Assembly: GCF_003334765.1 (NCBI RefSeq)
Contig: NZ_QOWT01000081.1
Direction: 5' to 3' (one strand)
Length of the DNA stretch: 1,231 bases
Source: Escherichia coli
GTDB taxonomy: Bacteria > Pseudomonadota > Gammaproteobacteria > Enterobacterales > Enterobacteriaceae
Position 1 is the stretch's first letter; every line of letters starts with the position of its first letter. Below are positions 1 to 1,231 of this stretch, piece after piece. The position numbers and the translations under genes were made by a program. The notes under the pieces were generated by a model. The model searched no databases and was not told where the DNA came from. It worked only from the letters and a program-made list of their open reading frames with translations.

Positions 1-12
1 CGGCTAAGTGAG
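1..12 (+). repeat. Inner part of the left terminal inverted repeat (IRL); outer ~27 bp including the TGATC terminus lie outside the window
   Basis: cggctaagtgag (1..12) is the imperfect inverted counterpart of ctcgcttaggcc (1193..1204) at the inner end of the right repeat: reverse complement of 1193..1204 is ggcctaagcgag, matching 1..12 at 10 of 12 positions. Confidence 0.65.
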
Positions 13-18
13 TAAACT
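13..18 (+). promoter_or_regulatory. Candidate -10 hexamer (TAAACT) for the orfA/orfB transcript; any -35 would lie in the IRL portion outside the window
   Basis: taaact at 13..18, about 20 nt upstream of the ATG at 39, at the IRL boundary where IS3-family promoters usually sit. Only a motif match; weak. Confidence 0.3.
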
Positions 19-26
19 CTCAGTCA

Positions 27-32
27 GAGGTG
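27..32 (+). promoter_or_regulatory. Shine-Dalgarno sequence for orfA
   Basis: gaggtg at 27..32, 6 nt upstream of the ATG at 39..41. Confidence 0.6.
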
Positions 33-38
33 ACTCAC

Positions 39-338
39 ATGACAAAAACAGTATCAACCAGTAAAAAACCCCGTAAACAGCATTCGCCTGAATTTCGCAG
101 TGAAGCCCTGAAGCTTGCTGAACGCATCGGTGTTACTGCCGCAGCCCGTGAACTCAGCCTGTATGAATCACAGCTCTACAACTGGCGCAGTAAACAGCAA
201 AATCAGCAGACGTCTTCTGAACGTGAACTGGAGATGTCTACCGAGATTGCACGTCTCAAACGCCAGCTGGCAGAACGGGATGAAGAGCTGGCTATCCTCC
301 AAAAGGCCGCGACATACTTCGCGAAGCGCCTGAAATGA
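39..338 (+). CDS. insE: IS3 OrfA (InsE): small DNA-binding transposition regulator, 99 aa, with helix-turn-helix N-terminus and leucine-zipper-like C-terminus
   Basis: ATG 39..41 preceded by an SD; TGA stop 336..338. Translation [50 protein letters not shown]... matches IS3 InsE as I recall it. The track ORF starts at GTG 30, but the ATG at 39 with proper SD spacing is the more credible start. HTH-like segment about 96..176; heptad hydrophobic repeat (I70/L77/L84, L73/L87) about 219..320. Confidence 0.92.
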
Positions 339-1201
339 AGTATGTCTTTATTGAAAAACATCAGGCTGAGTTCAGCATCAAAGCAATGTGCCGCGTGCTC
401 CGGGTGGCCCGCAGCGGCTGGTATACGTGGTGTCAGCGGCGGACAAGGATAAGCACGCGTCAGCAGTTCCGCCAACACTGCGACAGCGTTGTCCTCGCGG
501 CTTTTACCCGGTCAAAACAGCGTTACGGTGCCCCACGCCTGACGGATGAACTGCGTGCTCAGGGTTACCCCTTTAACGTAAAAACCGTGGCGGCAAGCCT
601 GCGCCGTCAGGGACTGAGGGCAAAGGCCTCCCGGAAGTTCAGCCCGGTCAGCTACCGCGCACACGGCCTGCCTGTGTCAGAAAATCTGTTGGAGCAGGAT
701 TTTTACGCCAGTGGCCCGAACCAGAAGTGGGCAGGAGACATCACGTACTTACGTACAGATGAAGGCTGGCTGTATCTGGCAGTGGTCATTGACCTGTGGT
801 CACGTGCCGTTATTGGCTGGTCAATGTCGCCACGCATGACGGCGCAACTGGCCTGCGATGCCCTGCAGATGGCGCTGTGGCGGCGTAAGAGGCCCCGGAA
901 CGTTATCGTTCACACGGACCGTGGAGGCCAGTACTGTTCAGCAGATTATCAGGCGCAACTGAAGCGGCATAATCTGCGTGGAAGTATGAGCGCAAAAGGT
1001 TGCTGCTACGATAATGCCTGCGTGGAAAGCTTCTTTCATTCGCTGAAAGTGGAATGTATCCATGGAGAACACTTTATCAGCCGGGAAATAATGCGGGCAA
1101 CGGTGTTTAATTATATCGAATGTGATTACAATCGGTGGCGGCGGCACAGTTGGTGTGGCGGCCTCAGTCCGGAACAATTTGAAAACAAGAACCTCGCTTA
1201 G
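39..1201 (+). CDS. OrfAB fusion transposase (InsEF) made by programmed -1 ribosomal frameshift at 302..305; roughly 385-390 aa
   Basis: The -1 frame is open without stops from the slippery site (302..305) through the orfB ATG at 335 to the stop at 1201, so a -1 slip on the Lys codon AAG (303..305) fuses OrfA residues 1..89 to the full OrfB frame. This is the established expression mechanism for the IS3 family. Confidence 0.8.
302..323 (+). promoter_or_regulatory. Programmed -1 frameshift signal: A-AAG slippery motif (302..305) followed by a GC-rich hairpin (stem 308..312 / 319..323)
   Basis: Zero-frame codons caa-aag (300..305) give the A_AAG motif. Directly downstream, cgcga (308..312) can pair with tcgcg (319..323) around a 6-nt loop, and the following gcgcc (326..330) could add tertiary pairing. 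IS3 frameshifting is known to use an A-AAG motif plus a downstream structured stimulator; I have not folded the complete structure. Confidence 0.7.
335..1201 (+). CDS. insF: IS3 OrfB (InsF): transposase catalytic domain, DDE/RNase H-like integrase fold, 288 aa as an independent frame
   Basis: ORF in the -1 frame relative to orfA; ATG 335..337 overlaps the orfA stop (ATGA); TAG stop 1199..1201. DDE triad at D135 (WAGD, nt 737..739), D195 (HTD, nt 917..919) and E231 (VESFF, nt 1025..1027), with 36 residues between the second D and the E. Sequence matches IS3 InsF by recall. Confidence 0.92.
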
Positions 1202-1231
1202 GCCTGTGTCCATATTACGTGGGTAGGATCA
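1193..1231 (+). repeat. Right terminal inverted repeat (IRR), about 39 bp, ending in the canonical IS3-family 5'-TGATC...-3' terminus when read from outside
   Basis: Reverse complement of the window end is tgatcctacccacgtaatatggacacaggcctaagcgag, a typical IS3-group terminus with TG at the tip. Its inner portion pairs imperfectly with 1..12. The orfB stop codon TAG (1199..1201) lies inside the repeat, as is usual for IS3-family elements. Confidence 0.85.

Larger units (their letters stand above)
1..1231 (+). mobile_element. IS3: IS3-family insertion sequence (IS3 itself by recall), near-complete copy; left end cut by the window about 27 bp inside the left inverted repeat, right end complete
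   Basis: Two overlapping same-strand ORFs in 0/-1 frames with ATGA overlap, A-AAG slippery motif, DDE transposase motifs, and a terminal inverted repeat ending ...GGATCA at 1231. Both protein sequences match my recollection of E. coli IS3 InsE/InsF. Window length 1231 plus about 27 missing bp equals the canonical 1258 bp IS3 length (recalled, not computed by alignment). Confidence 0.93.

Noticed and set aside
115-333. 72-aa + strand ORF overlapping orfA in another frame
   Set aside because: Lies entirely inside the well-supported orfA in an alternate frame, has no RBS, and its translation is low-complexity and Ser/Leu-rich, typical of an off-frame read of a real gene.
335-337. orfB ATG as evidence for a separately initiated transposase gene rather than a frameshift fusion
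   Set aside because: The ATGA overlap could allow some coupled reinitiation to make OrfB alone, but in the IS3 family the active transposase is the OrfAB fusion. The ATG is more plausibly an internal Met of the fusion plus a minor reinitiation site, so it is not called as the main expression route.
30-338. Track ORF starting at GTG 30 (MTHMTKT...), suggesting a 102-aa OrfA
   Set aside because: The GTG at 30..32 is part of the Shine-Dalgarno-like gaggtg. The ATG at 39 has ideal SD spacing and gives the 99-aa product expected for IS3 OrfA. GTG 30 has no upstream RBS within the window.
203-478. 91-aa antisense ORF across the orfA/orfB junction
   Set aside because: Antisense to two strongly supported transposase ORFs with no recognisable start context or domain features. 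Most likely a chance open frame on the opposite strand of GC-balanced coding sequence.
938-1213. 91-aa antisense ORF overlapping the 3' end of orfB and the IRR
   Set aside because: Antisense to the transposase catalytic domain and running into the terminal repeat; no supporting signals. Outward-reading ORFs or promoters at IS ends can matter biologically, but this frame reads inward from the end, and no outward -35/-10 pair is evident in the terminal 40 bp.
1-1231. Possibility that the window encodes a defence, toxin-antitoxin or other accessory system
   Set aside because: No ORF outside the two transposase frames has support, and there are no repeat arrays or structured-RNA candidates beyond the frameshift stimulator. 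The sequence is fully explained by IS3.

Overview
The whole window is one copy of a classical IS3-family insertion sequence, which I recognise from recall as IS3 of E. coli/Shigella; I could not run a search to confirm identity. It is read 5'->3' on the + strand and lacks only about 27 bp of the left terminal inverted repeat, cut by the window edge. It shows the standard IS3 layout: a short orfA (insE, 99 aa, 39..338) and a longer orfB (insF, 288 aa, 335..1201) in the -1 frame, overlapping in an ATGA arrangement. An A-AAG slippery motif (302..305) lies upstream of the orfA stop, the DDE catalytic triad in OrfB is intact, and the right inverted repeat (1193..1231) ends in the canonical ...GGATCA terminus exactly at the window end. 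I find no evidence of a novel or undescribed system; every base is explained by the IS, and the other ORFs on the track are overlapping or antisense frames I consider spurious. No flanking DNA is present, so insertion context, target-site duplication and disrupted host genes cannot be assessed.
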